This document shows positions 18,151-26,790 of a stretch of 64,000 nucleotides of DNA, piece by piece. The position numbers were made by a program, and so were the translations under genes. The stretch is from Clostridiales bacterium (GTDB taxonomy: Bacteria; Bacillota; Clostridia; Christensenellales; CAG-314), in the NCBI GenBank assembly GCA_022508305.1, contig JAFLVM010000001.1:962341-1026340 (forward strand), given 5' to 3'. Positions within the stretch are counted from its first letter, which is position 1, and each line of letters opens with the position of its first letter. The notes beneath the pieces were generated by a model, which worked only from the letters and a program-made list of their open reading frames with translations, was not told the origin of the DNA and made no database searches.

Positions 18151-21100
18151 TTATTTTATTAAATCGTATCTTTCTGCAATTTGGACGCGCATTGAAGCAG
18201 CTCGGGGCTTGTTCTTGTTTGCTTCGTCCATGTGGTTAAGTTTTGTGGATGCTTCGTCAAGATATTTGCGACAGTTTGTGTAGTCGCCCATGTCGAAGTA
18301 GATTTTACACAAATGGTAGTAACCTTCAACGATAAACAACTTGTTGACAAGCAGGTTCTCCCTTTCCTTTTGCTCTAAGTAACGTATCGCCTTCCACGCC
18401 GCCTCAATGGCGTCGTCAAATCTGTTCATTACTCCGTACAAAACGGACAAACGGCGGTAGTTGTAAAACAGTTCCTTGACGTAGCGTACGTAGTTGTCTT
18501 GCACGCACTCTTCGAACAACTCCGTTGCGCGCGTCATGTATTCAAGCGCCTTTTGCTCGTGTCCTGCAATTTGCGTTAGGGTTTTGCCTGTGTTGGACAG
18601 CCGCGCAGCATACAGCCATTTTTCCTCGTTAGTGGAGTAGTGTTCTAAGCTTTTTAGCGCCTGCACCTCGTAGGGAAGAGATTTTTCCCACTGCTTGACG
18701 CTTTGGTAGTAGTAGCCGCGTATTGATGCGTGATAGTTTAAGCTTATCGGCGTAAAGGGGTAGTTGCGACTCTTTAACTCGTCAAAAATCTTGTCAGCGT
18801 AGTCAGCGTATACAAGTATTTGCTCGTACTGCTTCAAATCGGAAAGCATATACAGGTACACAGGCTCCATCGAGAAGTAATATTCAAACTTCTCGTCGTC
18901 AGTGAGCGGAAGCTTTGCCAGTATCTCAAATGCCTTGCGATAGTCTTCAAGTGCTAATACTGCGTCTCTTTGCGCGAATCGGAAACCGCCGCTAAGCATA
19001 TAACTGCGCGCAATGGCAAGCTGTTGCTCCTTGGAATGCTTGTCGCAATGCTTTGCTGCGTAGCGCAAAAGAGCTTGTTGATACATTATGTTGCGGTCGA
19101 GTATCTGTTCTTCAAAGTTGTCGCTTACGTCAATTAACTTTTGATTTAGTAGCAGCGAGTGCGTTGTTTGCAGCGCGCGCTTGTAGTTTTCGGTGGAGTC
19201 GAGCAATCTGAACGTACGCGCTACGTTCAACAGATAGGCAAAGTATGTCATTGCAAACCTGTCCGAATAGTCTACGATGGTGTTCTCTCCCAAAATAAAC
19301 AGCATTTTGCGGTACAGCTCCTCTGCCATTTCAAGAGTTTCCTCTTTCATATGCTCCTTGATGTACTGTATGTTGTCCAAGTGAGATATGCGGTAGGCGT
19401 TGCCGTAGTTGGTTCGCTTCACCGTCAAGAACATTCGTATAGTGTTCAAGAAGCCCATGAATGCCAGCGACAGATTGTCGTTTGCAACCAATGCGGCAAG
19501 GTCGTGAATAGTTAGGTAGTCGTCCGTCAACGTCAGCGCAACCATAAGCCGCGAAAACTGTGTGAAATACTTGTCGCCGTAATTGTTTTTGAGTGACGCA
19601 AAGTACTCGTCTAACAGCGATTTGTTGCTGTGAGTGAGCAGCGCATTGCAGTCTATTACCTTTGCACCCTGCTCCAATAGATTGCTGGTTTTAATTTCCA
19701 ACAGTTCCTTTAATTGGCGCAGGTACAGCATGCTGTCGTTGGAAATTTCCGTCAGGAATTTCGCCTGCTTCGTCTCGTCGAGCGTAAATTGAGCTTTTTT
19801 GTGACACCTTGCGCGCAGTGGGGCAATTATGTGTTCGACAAAGTACCGTTCTTTGAGTTTGACGAAATCTTTGTCGTTTACGTGTAGCTCCAGCGTGGGC
19901 AAGTGCGACAGCCCGTGCAAAACGTTTCTTGTAAAGTAGGTTACGTTGTCGTTATCGCATAGCGTACGCGACGTAAGCATTACGTACACCCCCTCGTCCA
20001 ACATATCCGGTGTGGGAATGTAATCGGTGATGTTTTGAGCAGCTTGCGGGCGAAGTTCGTCCAGGCCGTCAATTATGAACAGCAGGTTTTCACCGCCGTA
20101 AGCAATACTTTTAGCGGTGTTTAACGCCGTTGCCAACTCCATGCGAGGGTCTGCTCCCTGCTGATTGGGGAAGTAAAAGCTGCCTCGCATTGTGTCGCCC
20201 TTGTCGTTCAGTTTCAACTGTCTGTTTACCTCTTGGGTAAAGTCACTTACCGTGCTGCCGTAGGTGGGGTTGATGTAGTAGGTGCGTACCTTTGTGTCGG
20301 GCAGTTTGATGCTGTTCATTTGGAAGGGGTCGAGCGCGCGAATGAGGGTTGATTTGCCCATTCCCTTTTGCATAAGCAGCATAAACACCTTGTCCTCGTT
20401 TTCCAGGCGTTGCTCAATCCACTGCGTTATGAACTTCGGCTCGATAAAGTCCGTTACGTTGAGGACGTTGTTGCTTACGGCAATTTCCGTGTCCAGTATT
20501 ACGCTGTCGTAAACCCCGGTATTGTCCGCCTGCCCGTTGCACATCTCGTCAAATACGTGCGTGGACTGAATGTCGCGCTTTCCGCGTGGGTATTCTACAA
20601 GGTGCAGGTAGGATTTCTTGGAAATAAAGTTGTCGTAGAAGTAGAGCCCGTCGTCAACGAGATAGAAGAAGGGGCGCAACTCAACAGTCTTGTCGCCTAC
20701 GTGGGCGTAAGGCTTGCCAACGCGGTTTGCAATCAAGTTGTTGTGTCCTACGAGTTGGACGGATTGAGTACTGCTGTCTATTGTTAGCCTTATTCTGTCG
20801 TAGTGGGGCTTTACTTGGGTAAGAAAATCGGTAATACCCTGTATGCGAGCGAACAAATCCTCGTACAAGTTCTCGTCGCCCATTTCTCGCGTTGCGCCGT
20901 GACCTATGTTTTGATTACGCCAGGATACAACTTCGTTTTTGTTGCAGAATGAGTTGGTAAGCTTTGCCACCTCGTACAAATCGCTAAGTTCGGCAACGTT
21001 TTTGATTTTGTTTTGCATTTGACGGAGGTAGTTATGCCAGTCGCCCATGGAGTTGCGAGTGGTGACGATGTCGACGAGCAGTTTGTCCGTTTCGTCCGTC

Positions 21101-21387
21101 TTGTTGTGGAACATGTAGCACGCGCACAGCAGCACGGGAAATTTGATGAATACCTCGTAAATATCCTTTATTTGAAGTATCGCGCCGTAAACCTGTTTTT
21201 GCTCGATGAAATTTTTTAGTTTGTGATATTCGTAGGCAATGAGGGAATTGAAATTGTTTTCCAATTCTGTTTTGAAGTAGGTTTCATCGCTAAGCAAAAT
21301 TTCATTCCACACCTTGCCGCACGAGGGGCATCTCAGTTCCCCATCGGCATAGACCAGTGCCTGATTGCATCGGTTGCATCTTACCAT
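18151..21387 (-). CDS. Zinc-ribbon / NACHT-like STAND P-loop NTPase with C-terminal TPR-like repeat array
   Basis: 1078 aa. CNRC-x12-CPSC ribbon, Walker A QKGMGKST, Walker B LLFIIDGLDE, MLTSR (NACHT-type). The C-terminal ~500 aa are helical repeats (e.g. EGYYHLCKIYFDMGDYTNCRKYLDEA). Confidence 0.75.
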   Translation of the reverse strand: MVRCNRCNQALVYADGELRCPSCGKVWNEILLSDETYFKTELENNFNSLIAYEYHKLKNFIEQKQVYGAILQIKDIYEVFIKFPVLLCACYMFHNKTDETDKLLVDIVTTRNSMGDWHNYLRQMQNKIKNVAELSDLYEVAKLTNSFCNKNEVVSWRNQNIGHGATREMGDENLYEDLFARIQGITDFLTQVKPHYDRIRLTIDSSTQSVQLVGHNNLIANRVGKPYAHVGDKTVELRPFFYLVDDGLYFYDNFISKKSYLHLVEYPRGKRDIQSTHVFDEMCNGQADNTGVYDSVILDTEIAVSNNVLNVTDFIEPKFITQWIEQRLENEDKVFMLLMQKGMGKSTLIRALDPFQMNSIKLPDTKVRTYYINPTYGSTVSDFTQEVNRQLKLNDKGDTMRGSFYFPNQQGADPRMELATALNTAKSIAYGGENLLFIIDGLDELRPQAAQNITDYIPTPDMLDEGVYVMLTSRTLCDNDNVTYFTRNVLHGLSHLPTLELHVNDKDFVKLKERYFVEHIIAPLRARCHKKAQFTLDETKQAKFLTEISNDSMLYLRQLKELLEIKTSNLLEQGAKVIDCNALLTHSNKSLLDEYFASLKNNYGDKYFTQFSRLMVALTLTDDYLTIHDLAALVANDNLSLAFMGFLNTIRMFLTVKRTNYGNAYRISHLDNIQYIKEHMKEETLEMAEELYRKMLFILGENTIVDYSDRFAMTYFAYLLNVARTFRLLDSTENYKRALQTTHSLLLNQKLIDVSDNFEEQILDRNIMYQQALLRYAAKHCDKHSKEQQLAIARSYMLSGGFRFAQRDAVLALEDYRKAFEILAKLPLTDDEKFEYYFSMEPVYLYMLSDLKQYEQILVYADYADKIFDELKSRNYPFTPISLNYHASIRGYYYQSVKQWEKSLPYEVQALKSLEHYSTNEEKWLYAARLSNTGKTLTQIAGHEQKALEYMTRATELFEECVQDNYVRYVKELFYNYRRLSVLYGVMNRFDDAIEAAWKAIRYLEQKERENLLVNKLFIVEGYYHLCKIYFDMGDYTNCRKYLDEASTKLNHMDEANKNKPRAASMRVQIAERYDLIK

Positions 21388-21468
21388 TGCCGTCCTCCGT
21401 TCATTAGTAAAGTCGACTAAATTTAATTATATCATTAGTAAACGCGTATTTCAACCCCCTAACGCAAC

Positions 21469-21497
21469 AAAAAAGGAAGCGATGCATCGCTTCCTTG
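21469..21497 (-). terminator. Terminator hairpin for the PlsC-like gene (copy 2 of the GGAAGCG/CGCTTCC hairpin)
   Basis: Plus strand aaaaaaGGAAGCGATGCATCGCTTCCtt. On the minus strand the stem is followed by a T6 run. Confidence 0.7.
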
Positions 21498-21513
21498 CGT
21501 ATTGTTTGTACTT

Positions 21514-22191
21514 TTATTGCTTACTGTTGCGTTTGGATTTGCGAGAAGAGGCTTTTAACTCCTCAAGTTGCTGTTTTAAAGCAAGTATCTTGTTGAAAAT
21601 GATTTCGTTTGCTCGGTTCAATTCCTCTTTTGTGGGCATGGGGCTTGTAGTAGTGATATAGTCGGCAACGTTTATCGGGTTGCCTATGATTACGCTCGCC
21701 CTTTTGAAAAAGCCGTAATTGCCGTCGGTGACAATTGGAATTATTGGCGCGTTTGCGCGGTGAGCAATAACAACGTAGCTTCGCTTAAAGGGGTGTATGT
21801 TTCCGTCGGGAGTGTTGCGCCCTTCGGGGTAAATTTGTACGAGCTGCCCTTTGCTTATCACCTCGGCGCTTTTATTCATGAAACTCATGTCGCGTGTTAT
21901 ACGGTTTGCCTGTATTCCGCCCACGAACTTCATTCCGAAAGACAGAAATTTGTTTTGATAGGGCATTTCCGACGTCACGACGTTTAGCTTGCGCGGCGCC
22001 ACGAGGAACATATTTAAAAAGTAGTCCAACACGTTGTAGTGGTTGGAAATGACGAGCGCCCCGCCCTTTTTCCAGCCTTTTCGTTTGACGTTGTTCTCGT
22101 AGTAGGTTTTGCGCTTGAAGAATATAAGCTGCAAGGGGTACCCAAGTATTATGGCAAGCCAGCGAAAGAAATCGTAAACAAAGTTTTTCAT
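21514..22191 (-). CDS. PlsC-family acyltransferase (paralogue of 4336-4998)
   Basis: 225 aa. SNHYNVLDY (HX4D) and IYPEGRNT. The N-terminus is alignable with the 4336 gene (LQLIFFKRKTYYEN vs LQYFYFRKKIYYED). Confidence 0.8.
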   Translation of the reverse strand: MKNFVYDFFRWLAIILGYPLQLIFFKRKTYYENNVKRKGWKKGGALVISNHYNVLDYFLNMFLVAPRKLNVVTSEMPYQNKFLSFGMKFVGGIQANRITRDMSFMNKSAEVISKGQLVQIYPEGRNTPDGNIHPFKRSYVVIAHRANAPIIPIVTDGNYGFFKRASVIIGNPINVADYITTTSPMPTKEELNRANEIIFNKILALKQQLEELKASSRKSKRNSKQ

Positions 22192-22196
22192 AAATC

Positions 22197-23711
22197 TTAT
22201 TGTTCTTCTTGCTTTTCTTCAAGTTTAGGCTTTGCGGCTTTGCCCATTTGGGAAATTGTCTTAGAAAAACCAAATGACATTGCGAATGCAAGCATGCACG
22301 CCGCGGCAACGACAATCGGCATGTAGCAAATGTAGGAAGCTTCTTCACTCCCTTTCAAAAACACCAAAATAGGACCCGTTGCAATTCCCGCTGCAATACC
22401 TTCGATGAGACCTTCCACGGCAAAGTACATTGAGGACACGCTGACGCCCTTTGACTCAAATTCCACTTGAGCAAGGTGGGAGGGCACGGTGTAGGAAACG
22501 GAAAAGAATGCGCCTATTGCAAAAGATGCAAGCAATCCGCCTACGACGGCAACTGCAGTAAGCTCCCACTCGGACAAATTGCCCTTGACCAAGCTGCACA
22601 CGAACATTACCATCATACCTAATGAAAACATCACCAAAGTGTATCTGAACGCCCAGCCCAAACCGAATTTTTTGACCATTTTGTTGTACAGCAGTATGGT
22701 TAGCGGTACCGGCGCAAATGAGGTTGCCATTACTATGGTCTGGTTTACTTCAACTGTTGAGAACAGCTCGTTTATTCCGCCCAAGAACAGCTGCAAGCCG
22801 ATATTCATAACCGCAGCGGTCAACATCCAGTAGAGGAAGGTTTTGTTTTTGAAAGCGCACGCGATTGACGCTCCAAGCTTCAGGGGCGGTTGTACTTCTA
22901 CACCGTTAGCAGTGGTGTCGGCTTTTTGTTCGTTGGCGGCATTTGTGTCTACTTCATCAGTAGTCGCGGTCTGCTCCTGGGTTTTGTCAACTTTTGTTGA
23001 CTTTTCCTTGAGCATGAACAGCGGAATGAGCATAAACAGCGACAACGGCATGAATATGAGCGCAACGTAGCGAATGTTTACGCCAAGGCTGACGAACAAC
23101 GGTATCAATGCGTAGCCCAAGCTGAAGTAAATCACGTCGCTAATGGACTTTATGTTGGACAAAAACACCGTGTCGCTTTCCTTTTCCGTAATTTCGGAAA
23201 ACGTTGCGTAGTAGGTTAGCATGGTAAGGGTGTAAAAGGTGTAATATACGCACAGCAACACGCCAAACCAAATGGTATTCAAGAGCGTTTCGCCGTTTTC
23301 CAGCGGAATGAGGAACAGCACGTACGCCAGCATCATCGGAACGAAGCCTATTACGATAGCGGGGCGACGTCTTCCCCAGCGTGTTTTAAGTCGGTCGGTA
23401 AAGGAAGAGAGTGGGATGTCAATTACGCCGTCCAAAATCTTTGCAACAAGTATCATAACGCTCCAAACAGCCGCAATTACCAAGTTTTTGTTTAGATACG
23501 TCCAAGATTCAACGTGTTCTTCGAATCCGCCAACGAGCAAAGCGCTGCAAAGATACGAACCCATTATTAGGTTCAGCATGTTTACGCCCAGACCCGAAAA
23601 TCCGTATAAAAAGAGTTTTTTTCTGCTTGTAATCTTTTGCAAAGTCGTTTCCTCAAATTTACATACTACTGTAATGTGGATTTTACGATAAAAATCGACA
23701 TTTGTCAACAC
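22197..23711 (-). CDS. MFS transporter, GPH/MFS_2 (MelB/MFSD2-like) type
   Basis: 504 aa. DGVIDIPLSSFTDRLKTRWGRRRP signature. Stops 5 nt before the PlsC-like gene. Confidence 0.75.
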   Translation of the reverse strand: MLTNVDFYRKIHITVVCKFEETTLQKITSRKKLFLYGFSGLGVNMLNLIMGSYLCSALLVGGFEEHVESWTYLNKNLVIAAVWSVMILVAKILDGVIDIPLSSFTDRLKTRWGRRRPAIVIGFVPMMLAYVLFLIPLENGETLLNTIWFGVLLCVYYTFYTLTMLTYYATFSEITEKESDTVFLSNIKSISDVIYFSLGYALIPLFVSLGVNIRYVALIFMPLSLFMLIPLFMLKEKSTKVDKTQEQTATTDEVDTNAANEQKADTTANGVEVQPPLKLGASIACAFKNKTFLYWMLTAAVMNIGLQLFLGGINELFSTVEVNQTIVMATSFAPVPLTILLYNKMVKKFGLGWAFRYTLVMFSLGMMVMFVCSLVKGNLSEWELTAVAVVGGLLASFAIGAFFSVSYTVPSHLAQVEFESKGVSVSSMYFAVEGLIEGIAAGIATGPILVFLKGSEEASYICYMPIVVAAACMLAFAMSFGFSKTISQMGKAAKPKLEEKQEEQ

Positions 23712-23793
23712 GGGATGAAACGGGCGCCTATTGCATGTAAAACGTAGGCGTAAAAATAGACGGTTCTGCTCCGCGATTAGTTGGTTAATTTAC

Positions 23794-23822
23794 TTGACAT
23801 AATGATTCAAGTGCGGTAATAT
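23794..23822 (+). promoter_or_regulatory. tRNA promoter (TTGACA-17-TAATAT)
   Basis: Hexamers at 23794-23799 and 23817-23822, about 28 nt upstream of the tRNA 5' end. Confidence 0.55.
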
Positions 23823-23850
23823 AGTAAAGCATCCACGAGATGTCGTATAT

Positions 23851-23928
23851 CGCGGGGTAGAGCAGTCTGGTAGCTCATCGGGCTCATAACCCGAAGGTCG
23901 TGTGGTTCAAATCCCGCCCCCGCAACCA
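23851..23928 (+). tRNA. tRNA-Met (CAT), initiator type
   Basis: Near-identical to the E. coli tRNA-fMet pattern: CGCGGGG...GGGCTCATAACCC...CCCCGCAACCA. It has the C1:A72 mismatch and three G-C pairs in the anticodon stem. I could not pair the T-arm cleanly by eye. Confidence 0.85.
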
Positions 23929-23930
23929 GT

Positions 23931-23961
23931 AAAGTACCGAGTGAAAGCTTGGTACTTTTTT
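23931..23961 (+). terminator. Rho-independent terminator
   Basis: Stem aaagtacc/ggtacttt followed by a T-run. Confidence 0.7.
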
Positions 23962-24108
23962 AGTCCCATTTTTTCTATATATTTTTGATTTAATATAGTA
24001 CAAATTCACTATCACCCTTAAATATCTTGACAATTTGTTCCATAAATATATAATTAGAATATCAGTACTTAAAATAAACTGAAGAAAATTTTAGAAGAGA
24101 GGAATATT

Positions 24109-25047
24109 ATGAAGAAGTACATAATTTTGACTGACTCGTCTTGCGACATGTCCCCTGAACTGAGAGAGCATTTCGGCGTAAAGGACTACGTGCCCGGTTA
24201 CGTTCATTTCAGCGACGGCAGAGATTTGAGAACTACTTTGGATTGGAGCAACATTTCCCGCGAAGAGTTCTACGGTGCTCTTTCCGACAAGCGCATGAAG
24301 CTGACAACCGCTCCCAGCAGCCCCGAGGAGTTTTACGAAGTTTTCCGCAAATACGCCGAGCAGGGTTATGACATTTTGAGCATTTCCATTTCGACGGCAA
24401 TCAGTCTTACGTACGCCAACACTCAAAAGGCGGCAGAGCGTATCAAGGCGGAATTCCCCGACTGCGAAATTTATTGCGTAGATTCACTCAGAATGTCCGG
24501 TTCGCAAGCGTTGCTCGTTGCTTACGCTCACATACTTCAAGGTCAAGGCAAGTCCGTCAAAGAGGTTTACGAGTGGCTTGAGGCTAACAAACGCAAGGTT
24601 CACCAAATGGGACCCATTGACGACCTCATTTTCGTTGCTCGCCGCGGACGTATTTCTATGGGCAAGGCAATTTTCGGCAGCTTTGCAGGAGTTAAGCCCA
24701 TGGGCGACAACAACAGCGAAGGCTACGTAACGGTTCACGGCAAGGCAAAGGGCATCAAGAAAGCCCTTGCTCTCACTGTGGAATACATTAAGCAAGCGGC
24801 TGTAGACATTGAAAACCAATTCGTTTACATCGCTCACAGCAACAGAGAAGAGTACGCTCTCACCTTGAAGGAAATGATTGAAAACACACTTCACCCCAAG
24901 GATGTTTTCGTCAGCGACGTTTTCCTGTCCAGCGGCACCAACATCGGTCCCGGTATGATAGGCGCGTATTTCCTTGGCGAGGAAATTTCCGAGGACGGCT
25001 CCAAAGAAAAAGAATTGATGCAAAAGGCAATGGAAAATTGCAAATAA
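24109..25047 (+). CDS. fakB: DegV-family fatty-acid-binding protein (FakB-type)
   Basis: 312 aa. Typical DegV N-terminus MKKYIILTDSSCDM and family length. Confidence 0.8.
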   Translation: MKKYIILTDSSCDMSPELREHFGVKDYVPGYVHFSDGRDLRTTLDWSNISREEFYGALSDKRMKLTTAPSSPEEFYEVFRKYAEQGYDILSISISTAISLTYANTQKAAERIKAEFPDCEIYCVDSLRMSGSQALLVAYAHILQGQGKSVKEVYEWLEANKRKVHQMGPIDDLIFVARRGRISMGKAIFGSFAGVKPMGDNNSEGYVTVHGKAKGIKKALALTVEYIKQAAVDIENQFVYIAHSNREEYALTLKEMIENTLHPKDVFVSDVFLSSGTNIGPGMIGAYFLGEEISEDGSKEKELMQKAMENCK

Positions 25048-25075
25048 TTAGGTAACTGTTACTTCAGAGGAAAAA

Positions 25076-26698
25076 ATGTTAAAAACTATCAACGCGTCGT
25101 GTTACAGCGACATGCTTAAATACGGCGTCAACCACTTGGAAAACTACTGCGAAGTCGTCAATGACCTCAACGTTTTTCCCGTGCCCGACGGCGACACGGG
25201 AACCAACATGGTCATGACCTTGAAAAACGGACTTGGCGCAATGGGCGGCGACGAATTGGGCAAGGTTGCCCAAAGCTTTGCCAACGCCACCGTGTTTGGC
25301 GCAAGAGGCAACTCGGGCGTCATCATTTCGCAATTTTTCAAGGGTGTTTCCGAGGGCTTGAAGAACGCCAACGAGGCGGACGCCAAGTTGTTTTCAAAGT
25401 CGCTGGACATGGGCTGCGACTACGCGTACGCTGCCGTAGCAACTCCCGTTGAGGGCACCGTTTTGACGGTAATGAAGGACGCGACAACGGCAGTCAGAGA
25501 GGAATTGGACGGAATTACCACCGTCAACGAGCTTGTTGACGTGTTTTTGAAGCAGGCGCGTATTACGCTTGAAAACACGCCCAATCTTTTGGAAATTTTG
25601 GCAAAAGCGGGCGTAATTGACAGCGGTGGCGCAGGACTCGTGTACTTTTTCGAGGGAATCGAGCGTTACTTGAAGGGCGAAGCGCTGGAACAGGTGCAAT
25701 CTCAACACCAGGCGGCGGAGTACATTGACTACTCCAAATTTAACAGGTTCAGCAAGTTTGAATTTGGCTACTGCACGGAAACGCTGTTGCAGCTGACTGT
25801 AGACGAAAATGATTTCGACCGCAAGGATTTTAGCGAAAAGCTGCAAGGTTTAGGCGAATCTATCGTAACGTCGTTCGAGGGGGACAAGGTCAAGGTGCAC
25901 GTTCACACCCACACCCCCGAGCGTGTTTTGGAATTTTGTCATCAATACGGCGAGTTTTTGTCACTTAAGATAGAAAATATGTCCGTTCAGCACACGCAGA
26001 CGGTGCAAAAATATCTTTGCGCAACTTCATCCGAGCAGAGCAGCTTTGCCGTTGTGGCGGTTGCTCCTAACGCGACTTTGCAAAAAATGCTGTCGGATAT
26101 GGGCGCGGACGTCGTAGTGCTGAGCGCTGAAGTGCCCTCGTCGCAAGATTTCATCGAGGCTTACGAACACACGGGCGCCAAGCATATTATCGTGTTCCCC
26201 AACAACGCCAATTCAATTCTTTCCGCTAAGCAGGCGGGTAAATTGTACAAACAGGCGGAAGTTGAGGTAATCAAGAGCAAATCCATCGCGGAATGTTACT
26301 CGGCGCTTGCGGTAATCGACTTTTCCGAAACGGACGTTGACGACGTTGTGGACGTGGTGGAGGACACCATTGACGAACTTTACGAGGTCTCTATCGTTCG
26401 CGCCGCCAAGAACACGAAGTTTGGCAGCCGCAACATTTTGAAAGGCGACTACTTTGCAATGTCAGGCGACGACGTGATACAATCCGGAGGCAAGCTGGAG
26501 TACGTCGTGTGGCTCACAGTCAATGAAGTAGTGGAGGACAGGGATTGCGGTGTAATCAACATGTTTTACGGCAAAAACGTAACGAGAGAACAAGTTGAAG
26601 CAATCGCCAACGAAATAGAAAAAGCCCACTTCGGCTTAGAAGTGTGCCTGATTTCCACAGAGGATACGGTGTACGACCTAATTTTGTCCTTCGAATAG
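25076..26698 (+). CDS. fakA: DAK2-domain fusion protein YloV / fatty acid kinase FakA-type
   Basis: 540 aa. Dak2 motif PDGDTGTNM and a DegV-like C-terminal half. Adjacent to the DegV gene. Confidence 0.75.
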   Translation: MLKTINASCYSDMLKYGVNHLENYCEVVNDLNVFPVPDGDTGTNMVMTLKNGLGAMGGDELGKVAQSFANATVFGARGNSGVIISQFFKGVSEGLKNANEADAKLFSKSLDMGCDYAYAAVATPVEGTVLTVMKDATTAVREELDGITTVNELVDVFLKQARITLENTPNLLEILAKAGVIDSGGAGLVYFFEGIERYLKGEALEQVQSQHQAAEYIDYSKFNRFSKFEFGYCTETLLQLTVDENDFDRKDFSEKLQGLGESIVTSFEGDKVKVHVHTHTPERVLEFCHQYGEFLSLKIENMSVQHTQTVQKYLCATSSEQSSFAVVAVAPNATLQKMLSDMGADVVVLSAEVPSSQDFIEAYEHTGAKHIIVFPNNANSILSAKQAGKLYKQAEVEVIKSKSIAECYSALAVIDFSETDVDDVVDVVEDTIDELYEVSIVRAAKNTKFGSRNILKGDYFAMSGDDVIQSGGKLEYVVWLTVNEVVEDRDCGVINMFYGKNVTREQVEAIANEIEKAHFGLEVCLISTEDTVYDLILSFE

Positions 26699-26790
26699 GA
26701 TTGTCTACTCACAAAGCAGTTGTAAGCCGAAGTCCTAACCACTCAGGCTAAATTTCACTGAAAAACAACGAAAGAAAAGGATTTACATAA

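Noticed and set aside
23712-24108. Integration hotspot or prophage remnant next to the initiator tRNA
   Set aside because: No integrase, no direct repeat of the tRNA 3' end, and no foreign-looking genes. The flanks are a normal promoter, a terminator and the DegV promoter.
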